Assembly: GCA_044223005.1 (NCBI GenBank)
Contig: JBGAML010000018.1
Span: 41,512-105,511 of the forward strand
Length of the DNA: 64,000 nt
Source: Candidatus Eiseniibacteriota bacterium
Lineage (GTDB): Bacteria > Eisenbacteria > RBG-16-71-46
Direction: 5' to 3'
Shown: positions 19,256-28,882 of the stretch, piece after piece
Layout of the letters: each line of letters begins with the position of its first letter
Numbering within the stretch: position 1 is the first letter of the stretch
Notes under the pieces: generated by a model
Seen by the model: the letters and a program-made list of their open reading frames with translations, nothing else
What the model was told of the DNA's origin: nothing
The model's database searches: none
Made by a program: the position numbers and the translations under genes

Positions 19256-20947
19256 TCAGCGCGTCGAGGCGAGCGCCGGACCGAGCGGCGCCAGCTCCAG
19301 CCAGACGACCTGGAAGCCGTCCGTGGTGGTGCCGCGCCACTCGCGCGTCACGTCGAGATCGAACGTCTTCGCGGCCCCCTCGCGCGCCATGATCTCGCTC
19401 CATTCGCCCCATGCGGCGCGGGCGTCACGGAACACGAGCACGACGTGGCGGAACGCGAGCCGGCGCCGGCACGGCGTCACGTCCGACGGCGCGAGCGCGA
19501 GGTGCACGACGGGGTGGTTCGTCTGCCACGCGAGCGCGGGGCCGAGGTTGCTCATGATCGGCTCGCCCGCGGGCACCTGGCGCGCGAGCGAGATCGAGAG
19601 CCGCGTCAGCGTCTCCGAGGACGGCACGCCGCGCTCGTGCGAGCCCTGCTCGGCCTCCGCGAGGCCCCGCGTCGTGGACCACGCGCCCCAGCCGAGCGCC
19701 AGCACGGCGACGAACGCGATCAGGCCGCGACGCAGGGGCGGCGCGATCGCGTGCTCCGGCAGCCGCGTGACGAGCGCCCACGCGGCCAGCATGCCCGCGG
19801 GCTCGAGCAGGATCCGCGAGGGGAAGAGGTAGCGCAGCCACGGAATGCTCGCGGCGGCGCTCAGTACCCCGAGCCCGGCACCGAGCAGCGCCACGAGTCC
19901 CGCCGCGGCGAGCGGGCGCGGCGGCTTCGTGAGCGCGAGATAGCCGGCGAGCGAGCCGAGCCACAGCCCGCGCGGACCCAGCAGCATCGCCTCGAAGAGC
20001 GCGGGCAGGTTGCGCGCGACCTTGGCGGCCAGCAGGCCGTACGCCTGCATGCCGTGTGGCAGCTCGGGGACCGAGGCCTGGTGGTAGAGCGAGAACCAGT
20101 TGCGGCCGCCGATGCCGTCCCACACCACGAAGCGCGTGAGGTCCCAGCCCGGCGAGCCAAACTGCTTCCACTTGTAGAGCCACCATGGCGCGAGCGGCAC
20201 CACGAAACCGAGTGCGACGAGCAGCAGCGTGCGCCGCCGCCGCCCCGGGGGCGCGCACGCCATCGCGCCGAGCGCGAACAGCGGCGCGAGCCACATCATG
20301 TTCGCGCGGAAGAGCCCGGTGATCCCGAGCAGCAGCCCGTAAGCGAGCGGCGCGCCCGCCGGCGCCCCCATCGCGAGGCCGAAGAGCGCCAGCAGCAGTC
20401 CGAGCGTGAAGGGAAGCTCGGTGAAGCCGCCGATCGCGAAGTGCTGCGCCTCGGGGTCCAGCACGAACGCGAGCCCGGCGGTGACGGCCGCGCCCGCGCG
20501 CATCGCCGGGCTGCTGCCGGGTGACCAGCGCCCGAGCATGTGGCGCACCGACAGCGCGAGCGACGCGGCCGCGAGCAGGAAGCACGCGAACGGGATCATC
20601 AGCGTCATGCTCGCGCGCTGGTCCGAGCCGGGGTGGATGCCGGCCGCGTAGGCGACCTTGAAGACGAGTCCCTGCGCCAGCACCATGCCCGGCTGCACGG
20701 CGGCCAGCGGCCAGGGCGGCGTCGCGTGCTTCTGCAGTTCGATCGGCAGAGCGTACGGCGTCGCCAGCTTGCCGTGCCACGCGAGTTCGCGGGCGGCGAG
20801 CGCGTACTGCGCCGTGTCGTAGTTGAGGATCGGCGAGCGGCCACCCAGGTCCCAGGCGCGGGAGTGCAGGTGCCACGTCCACGCCCCGGCCAGCAGCACG
20901 ACGGGAAGGACCAGCAGTTCGAGCAGGCGGGCCGCGTAACGGTTCAT
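19256..20947 (-). CDS. Polytopic membrane protein, putative GT-C (ArnT/PMT-like) glycosyltransferase
   Basis: Many TM segments; first-loop YDTAQYALAARELA, FTELPFT, RANM and RYLFP patterns resemble GT-C proteins. Confidence 0.55.
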   Translation of the reverse strand: MNRYAARLLELLVLPVVLLAGAWTWHLHSRAWDLGGRSPILNYDTAQYALAARELAWHGKLATPYALPIELQKHATPPWPLAAVQPGMVLAQGLVFKVAYAAGIHPGSDQRASMTLMIPFACFLLAAASLALSVRHMLGRWSPGSSPAMRAGAAVTAGLAFVLDPEAQHFAIGGFTELPFTLGLLLALFGLAMGAPAGAPLAYGLLLGITGLFRANMMWLAPLFALGAMACAPPGRRRRTLLLVALGFVVPLAPWWLYKWKQFGSPGWDLTRFVVWDGIGGRNWFSLYHQASVPELPHGMQAYGLLAAKVARNLPALFEAMLLGPRGLWLGSLAGYLALTKPPRPLAAAGLVALLGAGLGVLSAAASIPWLRYLFPSRILLEPAGMLAAWALVTRLPEHAIAPPLRRGLIAFVAVLALGWGAWSTTRGLAEAEQGSHERGVPSSETLTRLSISLARQVPAGEPIMSNLGPALAWQTNHPVVHLALAPSDVTPCRRRLAFRHVVLVFRDARAAWGEWSEIMAREGAAKTFDLDVTREWRGTTTDGFQVVWLELAPLGPALASTR

Positions 20948-21093
20948 GGCCGTAACTTACGCGGGGCTTCGGGATGGCTCAACCCTCGTCGTCCGAAAAG
21001 CCGCGCTCGCCCCCGGCCGGGTTGCGTTCGGCGGGCCCGGGCGGCGAGAGTGCGCGGTCTCGCTCGTCCGCCGACCTTCCCGCCGGAGGTGCC

Positions 21094-23700
21094 ATGTCCC
21101 GACGATTCCCGCTCGCGCTGCTCGCGCTCCTCGCGCTCGCCACCCCGGTGCGCGCCGAGGACGGCGCCGACCATCGGCTCGGCCGCGACGTGCGGCCCGT
21201 GTTCGAGGCCGTGCGCCTGCACGTCGATCCCGACCAGCACGACTATTCCGGCACGGTGCGCGTCGACCTCGACGTCACGAAGCCCGTCACGAGCTTCGAC
21301 CTGTACGCCGACGTGCAGACCCTGTCGCGCGTCGTCGTGATCCAGGGGCGCGACACGCTCGGCGCCGAGCAGGAGCCCGACGAGAACGGCCTGCTCACGC
21401 TCACGGTCCCGCGCGCGCTCGCCGTGGGTCCGGCGCGGCTCGAGATCGACTTCAAGAACTCGTACGGCACGCGTGCGGTCAGCCTGTATCGCGTGACCAA
21501 GGACGGCCGCGGCTACGTGTTCACGCAGTTCGAGTCCGACGACGCCCGCCGCGCGTTCCCGTGCTGGGACGAGCCCGGGTTCAAGATCCCCTGGCAGGTC
21601 ACGCTCGAGCTCCCGGCCGCCGACGCCGGCGTCTCCAACACGCCGATCGAGAGCGAGCGCACCGCGGGGGCGTGGAAGACGATCGTCTTCAAGCGCACGC
21701 GCCCGCTGCCCAGCTACCTGCTCGCGGTGTGCGCGGGTCCGTTCGAGTTCACGCCGGTGGCCGGAACGAAGGTGCCGACGCGCATCGTCACGGTGCAGGG
21801 GCAGAAGCGGCTCACGGCCGTCGCGGCGGCGGACACGCCGAAGCTCCTCGCGGCGCTGGAGAAGTGGTTCGGGACGCCGTACCCGTACGAGAAGCTCGAC
21901 CTGATCGCGGTGCCCGACTTCGCCTACGGGGCCATGGAGAACGCGGGCGCGATCACGTACCGCGACGACGCGCTGCTCATGGACCCGGCCACCGCCACCG
22001 TGAGCCAGCGGCGCTCGCTCGCGAACACCAACTGCCACGAGCTTTCGCACATGTGGTTCGGCGACCTCGTGACCATGGAATGGTGGGACGACCTCTGGCT
22101 CAACGAGTCGTTCGCGGACTGGATGGCGGCCAAGATCACCGACGAGGTCTTTCCGGAACTGCAGCACGGCCTGAACGACCTGCAGCGCATCCAGCGGGTC
22201 AAGTCCGGCGACGCGCTGCCGTCCACGATCCCGATCCGCTCGCACACGAGCAACTCCTCGCTCGGGCTGCAAAACGTCGGGCTCGTCTACAGCAAGGGCA
22301 ACGCGGTGCTGTCGATGTTCGAGGCGTGGCTCGGGCCCGAGGTGTTCCGCAAGGGCGTGCGCCAGTACCTCGCCGAGCACGCGTGGGGCAACGCGACCGC
22401 GGCGGACCTCTGGAAGGCGCTCGACACCGCGAGCGGCACGAACGTCTCGGCGGCCATGTCGACGTTCGTGGACCAGCCGGGCGTGCCCATGCTGCGCGTC
22501 GTCCCCACGCCGACCGGCGTGCGGGTCACGCAGCAGCGCTGCTCGCCCGCGGGCGTGTCGCAGCCGCCGCTCACCTGGCGCATCCCCGTGGGCCTGCTCT
22601 GGTCGGACGGGCGCGCCACCCGCACGACCCGCGTGCTGCTCGCGCAGGAGTCGCAGGAGTTCCCACTCCCCAGCGGCGCGCCGGCCTGGGTCATGCCGAA
22701 CGCCGGCGGCCGTGGCTACTACGCGTGGAGCGTGCCGGACACGATGCTGGCCCGCATCGCCGAGCGCGCGCCCCAGACGCTCGCGCCCGCCGAGCGCGTG
22801 GCGTTTCTCGGCAATCTCGACCTGCTGACCGACGCCGGCGTCGTCGAGGGTGCGACGACCTTCGACGCGCTCGAGCACTTCGGCGGCGATCCGTCGCCGC
22901 AGGTGGTGGCCGCGGTCATGGGACAGCTCGAGGGACTGCGCGCGGCGTTCGTGCCCGATTCGCTGCAGGCTCCGTTCGCCGCGTACGTGCGGCGCACGCT
23001 CGGGCCCTCCATGGAGCGGTTCGGCTACGAGCGCCGGCCGGGCGAGGACGAGACGATCGGCACCGTGCGCGGCGAGTTGCTCCGCTGGCTCGCGCGCTGG
23101 GGCGACGACCCGAAGGCGCAGGCGTTCGCGATCGAGGCCGCGCGGCGCTACCTCGCGGATTCGAGCTCGGTGGACCCCGGCATCGTGGGCACGGTGCTCG
23201 GGCTCGCGGCGCGCCGCGGCGACGACGCGCTGCTCGAGCAGTTCCGCCATCGCTTCGAGAGCAGCCAGGTGCCCGCGACGCGGCGCATGTTCCTCGGCGC
23301 GATGGGCGCGATCGGCGACACGACGCTGCTGCAGCGGACGCTCGACTACTCGCTGAGCGACGCGGTGCGCCCGAGCGAGACCGGGCTCGTCTGGATGGGC
23401 ATGCGCGACCGCAGCGAGTCGGACGGTGCGTGGTTCTTCCGCTGGATCACCACGCACTACGACCAGGTCGCCGCGCACCTGCCGCCGCCGGCGCTGCGGT
23501 TCCTGCCGATGATGGGCAGCGGCTGCTCGGAGGAACGGCTCCAGGCCGCGAAGGCGTTCTTCGGCGACCCCATGCGCGGCATCCCCGGCGTGCAGCAGAC
23601 GCTCGAGCGCGTGAGCGACGGCGTGCACCAGTGCATCTCGCTCCGCGAGCGCGAAGGCGCCGGCGTCGCGCGCTTCCTGCGCGCCCGCGCCGCGAACTGA
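21094..23700 (+). CDS. Secreted M1 family aminopeptidase
   Basis: Signal peptide, TQFE…ARRAFPCWDEP, GAMEN, HELSH…WLNESFA, VYSKG, ERAP1-like C-terminal domain. Confidence 0.93.
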   Translation: MSRRFPLALLALLALATPVRAEDGADHRLGRDVRPVFEAVRLHVDPDQHDYSGTVRVDLDVTKPVTSFDLYADVQTLSRVVVIQGRDTLGAEQEPDENGLLTLTVPRALAVGPARLEIDFKNSYGTRAVSLYRVTKDGRGYVFTQFESDDARRAFPCWDEPGFKIPWQVTLELPAADAGVSNTPIESERTAGAWKTIVFKRTRPLPSYLLAVCAGPFEFTPVAGTKVPTRIVTVQGQKRLTAVAAADTPKLLAALEKWFGTPYPYEKLDLIAVPDFAYGAMENAGAITYRDDALLMDPATATVSQRRSLANTNCHELSHMWFGDLVTMEWWDDLWLNESFADWMAAKITDEVFPELQHGLNDLQRIQRVKSGDALPSTIPIRSHTSNSSLGLQNVGLVYSKGNAVLSMFEAWLGPEVFRKGVRQYLAEHAWGNATAADLWKALDTASGTNVSAAMSTFVDQPGVPMLRVVPTPTGVRVTQQRCSPAGVSQPPLTWRIPVGLLWSDGRATRTTRVLLAQESQEFPLPSGAPAWVMPNAGGRGYYAWSVPDTMLARIAERAPQTLAPAERVAFLGNLDLLTDAGVVEGATTFDALEHFGGDPSPQVVAAVMGQLEGLRAAFVPDSLQAPFAAYVRRTLGPSMERFGYERRPGEDETIGTVRGELLRWLARWGDDPKAQAFAIEAARRYLADSSSVDPGIVGTVLGLAARRGDDALLEQFRHRFESSQVPATRRMFLGAMGAIGDTTLLQRTLDYSLSDAVRPSETGLVWMGMRDRSESDGAWFFRWITTHYDQVAAHLPPPALRFLPMMGSGCSEERLQAAKAFFGDPMRGIPGVQQTLERVSDGVHQCISLREREGAGVARFLRARAAN

Positions 23701-23710
23701 ACGTCACACG

Positions 23711-23761
23711 CGAAACGCGAACGGGCGCGGGCCACTTCGGCCCGCGCCCGTTCGCGTTTCG
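23711..23761. terminator. Long perfect hairpin between convergent genes (bidirectional terminator)
   Basis: 23-bp inverted repeat CGAAACGCGAACGGGCGCGGGCC-acttc-GGCCCGCGCCCGTTCGCGTTTCG. Confidence 0.7.
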
Positions 23762-23772
23762 TGACGCCCGCT

Positions 23773-24624
23773 TCAGATCACCGAGAAGTCCGGCGCCTTC
23801 GCGATCGCGCCGGCCTTCACCGCGCGGTCGTAGAGGAGCGCGATGCCGGCGCGGCCGCGTTCGCCCATGTCGAGGGTGAGATCGTTGACGTACATGTGCA
23901 CGAACGTCTTGCCCTGCGGCACGTCGAGGCCGCGCCCGAACTGGAGCGCGTAGCGGATCGCCTCCTCCTCGTGCGCGAACGCGGCGTCGATGCTGCGGCG
24001 GAAGCCGACGCTGCAGGCCTTCATCAGTTCCGGCCCGAGATCGCGGCGCACCACGTCGAGGCCGAGCGGCACCGGCAGGTTGTCGCGCTCCTTCCACAGC
24101 TCGCCGAAGTCCACGACCTTCTCCAGGCCTTCCTCGCGATACGTGAGCTGGCTCTCGTGGATGATGACGCCGGCGTCCACGCGGCCTTCGAGCACGGCCT
24201 GCGGGATCTGGTCGAACATCACCTCGACCGTCTCGCACTCGGGGCACTCGGTCCGCAGCAGCAGGGCCGCGGTCGTGAGCGGGCCCGGGATCGCGACGCG
24301 CTTGCCGCGCAGTTCTTCGATCGTCATCGGGCGCTTGGAGACGACGACGGGGCCGTAGCCCCAGCCGAACGACGCGCCGCACGCGAGCACCGCGTAGCGG
24401 TCGGCGATCTTCGCATAGGCGTGAGCGGAGACGGCGGTGATCTCGAGGTCGCCCTTCTCGATCGCGCGGACATTGAGCGACTGGATGTCCTGCAGCACGT
24501 GCTCGACGTGGCAGCCCTCGATGACGGCTTCACCGGTGTGGAAGCCGTAGAACATGTAGGCGTCGTCGGCGTCGGGGCTGTGGCCGAAGCGGATCGTGCG
24601 CAGCGAAGCGGAAGAAGAGGTCAT
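23773..24624 (-). CDS. mqnD: 1,4-dihydroxy-6-naphthoate synthase (futalosine pathway)
   Basis: GHSPDADDAYMFY, DIQSLN, GYGP, AIPGPLTTA, IIHE, LPVPLG, MYVN. Confidence 0.88.
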   Translation of the reverse strand: MTSSSASLRTIRFGHSPDADDAYMFYGFHTGEAVIEGCHVEHVLQDIQSLNVRAIEKGDLEITAVSAHAYAKIADRYAVLACGASFGWGYGPVVVSKRPMTIEELRGKRVAIPGPLTTAALLLRTECPECETVEVMFDQIPQAVLEGRVDAGVIIHESQLTYREEGLEKVVDFGELWKERDNLPVPLGLDVVRRDLGPELMKACSVGFRRSIDAAFAHEEEAIRYALQFGRGLDVPQGKTFVHMYVNDLTLDMGERGRAGIALLYDRAVKAGAIAKAPDFSVI

Positions 24625-24665
24625 GGGATCGGTCGTTGGGAGGAAAGGTTCGGATCCGCGGCCGG

Positions 24666-25103
24666 TCAGGCGCGGACGGGGGAATCGTGAACGGGCGAAA
24701 GATAGTGCTCGAGGCGGCCCAGCGCGCGCGGCCAGTCGTCGCGGAAGGCGCGGGCGAACGGCTCGTACTCCGGCGTGTCGGGCAGCGTGTGCACGACGGC
24801 GAGCCGGGTGACGTCGGCGGCGGCCGTCACGCGGAACGTGATGTCGCCGGCGTCGCGGCCGGGGTAGCCGTCGTGGCCGCCGCGGCACGTGCAGTGGCTC
24901 GGCGGTGCGAACGAGGTCCACGTGGCTTCGAACGGCCACACCTGCCGGCGGCGCCGGTGCCAGCGCATGGTCAACCGGCCGCCTTCCTCGGGCTCGCTCT
25001 CGCACGCGTCGCAGAACCAGCGTTCGAGGTGGCGGCCCTCGGTCACGGCGGCGAACACGCGCGCGGGAGGCGCGGGGATCACGATCTCGAACGCCAGTTC
25101 CAT
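24666..25103 (-). CDS. SRPBCC/AHSA1-like domain protein
   Basis: IPAPPARVFAAVT…LERWF…W..AL pattern; AGGAGG RBS. Confidence 0.75.
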   Translation of the reverse strand: MELAFEIVIPAPPARVFAAVTEGRHLERWFCDACESEPEEGGRLTMRWHRRRRQVWPFEATWTSFAPPSHCTCRGGHDGYPGRDAGDITFRVTAAADVTRLAVVHTLPDTPEYEPFARAFRDDWPRALGRLEHYLSPVHDSPVRA

Positions 25104-25111
25104 CGCTCCTC

Positions 25112-26236
25112 CTACGAGGCCCGGGCCCCGCGGCGGCTGGCCGCACGGCCGAAGAGGTCGCGGCGCAGCGTCGCGAGTCCCGCGCCGGTGCGCGCGGACA
25201 CGATCGCGCAGCCGTCGAACTCCGCACGGAGCGCGGCGATCGCGTCGTCGTCCAGCAGGTCGCACTTGTTGAAGACGAGCAGCCGTGGCGGGCGCGGCTC
25301 GCGCAGGATGTCGTCGAGCACGTCGTCCACGGCGCTGATCTGGCGGCGGAAATCGGGATCCGCCGCGTCGATCACGTGGATCAGCAGGTCCGCCTCGATC
25401 GCCTCCACCAGCGTGCTGTGGAACGAGGCGACGAGATGGTGGGGCAGTTTGCGGATGAATCCGACGGTATCGGTGAGCAGGAGGATCTCGCGGTCCGCGT
25501 TCACCATCTGGCGCGTCGTGGAATCGAGCGTGGCGAACAGCCGGTTCTCGACGAACACGTCGGCGCGCGTGAGGGCGTTGAAGAGCGTGCTCTTGCCCGC
25601 GTTGGTGTAGCCCGCGAGCGCGGTGCGGAACTCGCGCCGGCGGCGCGCGCGCTGCGTCTCGCGTTCCTTCTCCACGCTCTCGAGTGCCGCCTTGAGGCGC
25701 GCGATGCGTTCGCGCACGAGCCGGCGGTCGGTCTCGAGCTGCGTTTCGCCGGGACCGCGGGTGCCGATGCCGCCCGCCTGCCGCTCGAGATGCTTCCACA
25801 TGCCCGTCAGCCGTGGCAGCGTGTACTCGAGCTGCGCCAGCTCGACCTGCAGCCGCGACTCCCGCGTGCGGGCGCGGCGCGCGAAGATGTCGAGGATCAG
25901 CTCGGAGCGGTCGATCACCTTGCGCTGCGCCGCCTTCTCGAGGTTGCGCACCTGCGCGGGCGAGAGATCGTCGTCGAAGATCACGAGCTCGGCCTTGCTC
26001 TGCTCGACCAGCTCGCGCAGCTCCTCGAGCTTGCCCTTGCCCACGAACGTCGCGGGATGGATCGAGCCGCGTCGCTGCACGAGCGTGGCGACGACCTTCG
26101 CGCCGGCCGTGTCGGCGAGCAGCGCGAGCTCCTCGAGCGAACGCTCGAGGTGCTCCTTGTCGCGGCCCGCATGGCCCACGAGAACGGCGTTCTCGGAGCG
26201 CGGCGGGCGCGTGACTTCGTACGAAGTCGCCTTCAC
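25112..26236 (-). CDS. hflX: Ribosome-splitting GTPase HflX
   Basis: ILDIFARRA, GTRGPGETQLE, GYTNAGKS, LFATLD, DTVGF, NKCD. Confidence 0.95.
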   Translation of the reverse strand: MKATSYEVTRPPRSENAVLVGHAGRDKEHLERSLEELALLADTAGAKVVATLVQRRGSIHPATFVGKGKLEELRELVEQSKAELVIFDDDLSPAQVRNLEKAAQRKVIDRSELILDIFARRARTRESRLQVELAQLEYTLPRLTGMWKHLERQAGGIGTRGPGETQLETDRRLVRERIARLKAALESVEKERETQRARRRREFRTALAGYTNAGKSTLFNALTRADVFVENRLFATLDSTTRQMVNADREILLLTDTVGFIRKLPHHLVASFHSTLVEAIEADLLIHVIDAADPDFRRQISAVDDVLDDILREPRPPRLLVFNKCDLLDDDAIAALRAEFDGCAIVSARTGAGLATLRRDLFGRAASRRGARAS

Positions 26237-27456
26237 GCGCGGGGGCCCACCTCGAGGTCGTACGGGAACGGCGTCAGGTTCTCCATGCTGCCGTCGGCAC
26301 GCACCGCGACCAGGTCCTCGATCCGCACGCCCATGCCGCGCGACGGGTAGTAGAGGCCCGGCTCGACCGAGATCACGTGGCCGGGCGCGAGCAGCGCGGT
26401 GTTCGCTTCGCCGCCGCCCAGGCGCGGGCCCTCGTGCACCGCGAGCCCGACGCCGTGGCCGAGGCTGTGGACGTAGCCTTCCTGCGCGCCCGGCTGCGTG
26501 CGCAGCGTGGCGTGGCCCTGGGCCTCGAACACGTCGCACGTCAGGTCCTGGAACGAGCGGCAGGGCTCGCCCACCTTGAGCGCGCCCATCGCCGTGTCGA
26601 ACGCGGCGCGGCACTGCGCGTAGATCTCCTGCAGCCCGGCGGGCGCCGGGCCGACGCAGAACGTGCGCGTCATGTCGGTGTGGTAGCCGCCGCCGGCCTC
26701 GCCGGGGAAGATGTCGACGATGATCGATTCGCCCGCGCGCACGGGTTCGGCGTCGTTGCCGCGGTTGTGCGGCACGCCGGCGTCGCGGCCCTGCGCGACG
26801 ATGCTCTCGCCGTCCTCGGCGAGCCCGTGCTCGGCGAACGCGCGGTGGATGATCGCGCGCAGGTGGCCGAGCGTGACCACGTCGAGCGTGCCGTCGGTGA
26901 GCGCGCCGTTCTTCGGGCGCAGCGACGAGAGCTTGTCGCGCACGCGGCCCATCGCGTCCATGGCGCCCCGCGAGGCGCGGCGGATCGGCTCGAGCTCGCT
27001 CTCGTCCTTGGTCGACATCGCCGTCGCGAGCACGTCGGGCTGGCGCGCGTCGACGGTGATCGCCGGCGCGAGCTCGCGCAGCTTGCTCAGCAGCGCGTAC
27101 GAGTAGCCGAGCGGCGCGTCGCCCGTGAAGGCGATCGGGCCTTCGAGCCGCATCGTGCCGGCGACCTGCGCGATCAGCTGCGCGAGCGCGTGCGCCTGCG
27201 ACTCGGCGCTCTTCACCATCGCGAGGAAGCCGTGCTGCGCGTACGTCGACCACTCGCAGCCCGCGTTCGCGGCCTGGTCGCGCTCCATGGGATCGGCGAC
27301 CAGGTGCGCGCGGCCGTCGGCGCCGCGGAAGTAGACGCCGTGGTGGATCTTCTGTCCGGTGCACCAGTACATCGCCGGGCAGTAGCGATCGGCGGCCAGC
27401 ACGACGAGGCCGGCGAGGTTCCGCTGCTGCATCAGGCGGTCGAGATCGGAGCGCAT
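26233..27456 (-). CDS. M24 family Xaa-Pro peptidase
   Basis: VPH, VDIFP…YHTDMTRT, HSLGHGVGLAVHE, SVEPGLY, GVRIED. Confidence 0.92.
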   Translation of the reverse strand: MRSDLDRLMQQRNLAGLVVLAADRYCPAMYWCTGQKIHHGVYFRGADGRAHLVADPMERDQAANAGCEWSTYAQHGFLAMVKSAESQAHALAQLIAQVAGTMRLEGPIAFTGDAPLGYSYALLSKLRELAPAITVDARQPDVLATAMSTKDESELEPIRRASRGAMDAMGRVRDKLSSLRPKNGALTDGTLDVVTLGHLRAIIHRAFAEHGLAEDGESIVAQGRDAGVPHNRGNDAEPVRAGESIIVDIFPGEAGGGYHTDMTRTFCVGPAPAGLQEIYAQCRAAFDTAMGALKVGEPCRSFQDLTCDVFEAQGHATLRTQPGAQEGYVHSLGHGVGLAVHEGPRLGGGEANTALLAPGHVISVEPGLYYPSRGMGVRIEDLVAVRADGSMENLTPFPYDLEVGPRA

Positions 27457-27606
27457 GCGTCCCTCCGGGAGCGTGGGGTGCCCTTCGGGCGCGGCCCGGC
27501 GGGCCGCCGCCGGCGGGGCGAGCCGGGGAATGCTACGGCACGGGCGCGATCGTTGCCACAGCGGCCGCGGGCCCCGTGAACCGGCCCGCGCGGCCCGCCG
27601 GCGCGG

Positions 27607-28293
27607 TCAGTCGTCGACCCAGGCCCGCGAGGAACGGTCGCCGCGGCTCGCGATCGCCGCGGCCAGGCCGAACAGGAAGCCGCCGATGTGCGCCCACCAC
27701 GCGACGCCACCGTTCGCGCCGCCGATCGCCAGCGCCGCCGAGAAGAACTGGAGCACGAACCAGAGCCCCAGCACGAGCAGCGCGGGCAGCTGGACGATCT
27801 GCAGGAAGAAGACGATCGGCACCAGCGTCACGACGCGCGCCCGCGGGTAGAGCACCGCGTAGGCGCCGAGCACGCCGGCGATCGCGCCGCTCGCCCCGAC
27901 GGTGGGAATGGGCGAGGCCGGGTTGATGGCGACGTGGAGCACGGCGGAGGCGAACCCGCTCGCGAGATAGAAGCCGAGGAACCCGACGTGGCCGAAGTGA
28001 TCCTCGACGTTGTCGCCGAAGATCCACAGGTACCACATGTTCCCGATCAGGTGCAGCCAGCCCGCATGCAGGAACATCGACGAGAGCAGCGTGACGAAGC
28101 CCGGCCCCGGCAATTCCATCCCGGCGAACACGCCGAGCACGCGCGCGGGGATCAGTCCCCAGCTCGCGACGAACACGCCACGGCCGTCGCCGAGCGCGAG
28201 CTCGAACAGGAACGTGAGCGCGTTCGCGAGGATCAGCGCGCGTGTCACGATCGGGGTGGTGCGAGAGGGATTCTCGTCGCGAAGCGGGATCAA
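27607..28293 (-). CDS. Rhomboid family intramembrane serine protease
   Basis: (M)IPLRDENP with TTG start, MFLHAGWLHLIGNM, GASGA, AHIGGF. Confidence 0.92.
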   Translation of the reverse strand: MIPLRDENPSRTTPIVTRALILANALTFLFELALGDGRGVFVASWGLIPARVLGVFAGMELPGPGFVTLLSSMFLHAGWLHLIGNMWYLWIFGDNVEDHFGHVGFLGFYLASGFASAVLHVAINPASPIPTVGASGAIAGVLGAYAVLYPRARVVTLVPIVFFLQIVQLPALLVLGLWFVLQFFSAALAIGGANGGVAWWAHIGGFLFGLAAAIASRGDRSSRAWVDD

Positions 28294-28357
28294 GCGGGCT
28301 CCGGAAGGCCGTGGGGGTGCGTCCGGCGCGGCCGAAACGCCGCTGGGGCGCAGGGGT

Positions 28358-28386
28358 TTGACGCTTTCTTGTGACGTTCCTATCTT
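28358..28386 (+). promoter_or_regulatory. sigma70-type promoter upstream of trxA
   Basis: TTGACG-N17-TATCTT. Confidence 0.65.
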
Positions 28387-28483
28387 GGGCGCCGAGAATT
28401 CGCCGTGCATCGGCGGGCGCCCGGCCGACATCTACTGGGGTGCGTGAAACCGCCTTCCGACTTCATCGCCGTGGGGATCCGAC

Positions 28484-28825
28484 ATGAGCAACTCTCTCTC
28501 CGTCAACGACCAGACGTTCGACACCGAAGTCCTGCAGTCCGCCACGCCCGTCCTCGTGGACTTCTGGGCGCCCTGGTGCGGACCGTGTCGTGCGGTGGCC
28601 CCGACCGTCGACGCGATCGCGCAGGAGTTCAGCGGCCGCCTCAAGGTGGTCAAGCTGAACACCGACGAGTCCGGCGAAGTCGCCATGAAGTACGGCGTCA
28701 CCTCGATCCCGACGCTCATGGTGTTCAAGGGCGGCAACATGGTCGAGCGCGTGCTCGGCAATCGCCCGAAGGCCGACCTCGTCAACATGGTGTCGCGTCA
28801 CCTCGACGCTCGCGCCCAAGCATAG
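28484..28825 (+). CDS. trxA: Thioredoxin
   Basis: VDFWAPWCGPC, SIPTL. Confidence 0.96.
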   Translation: MSNSLSVNDQTFDTEVLQSATPVLVDFWAPWCGPCRAVAPTVDAIAQEFSGRLKVVKLNTDESGEVAMKYGVTSIPTLMVFKGGNMVERVLGNRPKADLVNMVSRHLDARAQA

Positions 28826-28842
28826 CGCAAGCATAACGCAAG

Positions 28843-28869
28843 CGGCCCGCGCGGCGATCGCGCGGGCCG
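28843..28869. terminator. Hairpin between trxA and nnr
   Basis: 11-bp inverted repeat CGGCCCGCGCG / CGCGCGGGCCG followed by TTCGCGTT. Confidence 0.55.
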
Positions 28870-28882
28870 TTCGCGTTCTCCG

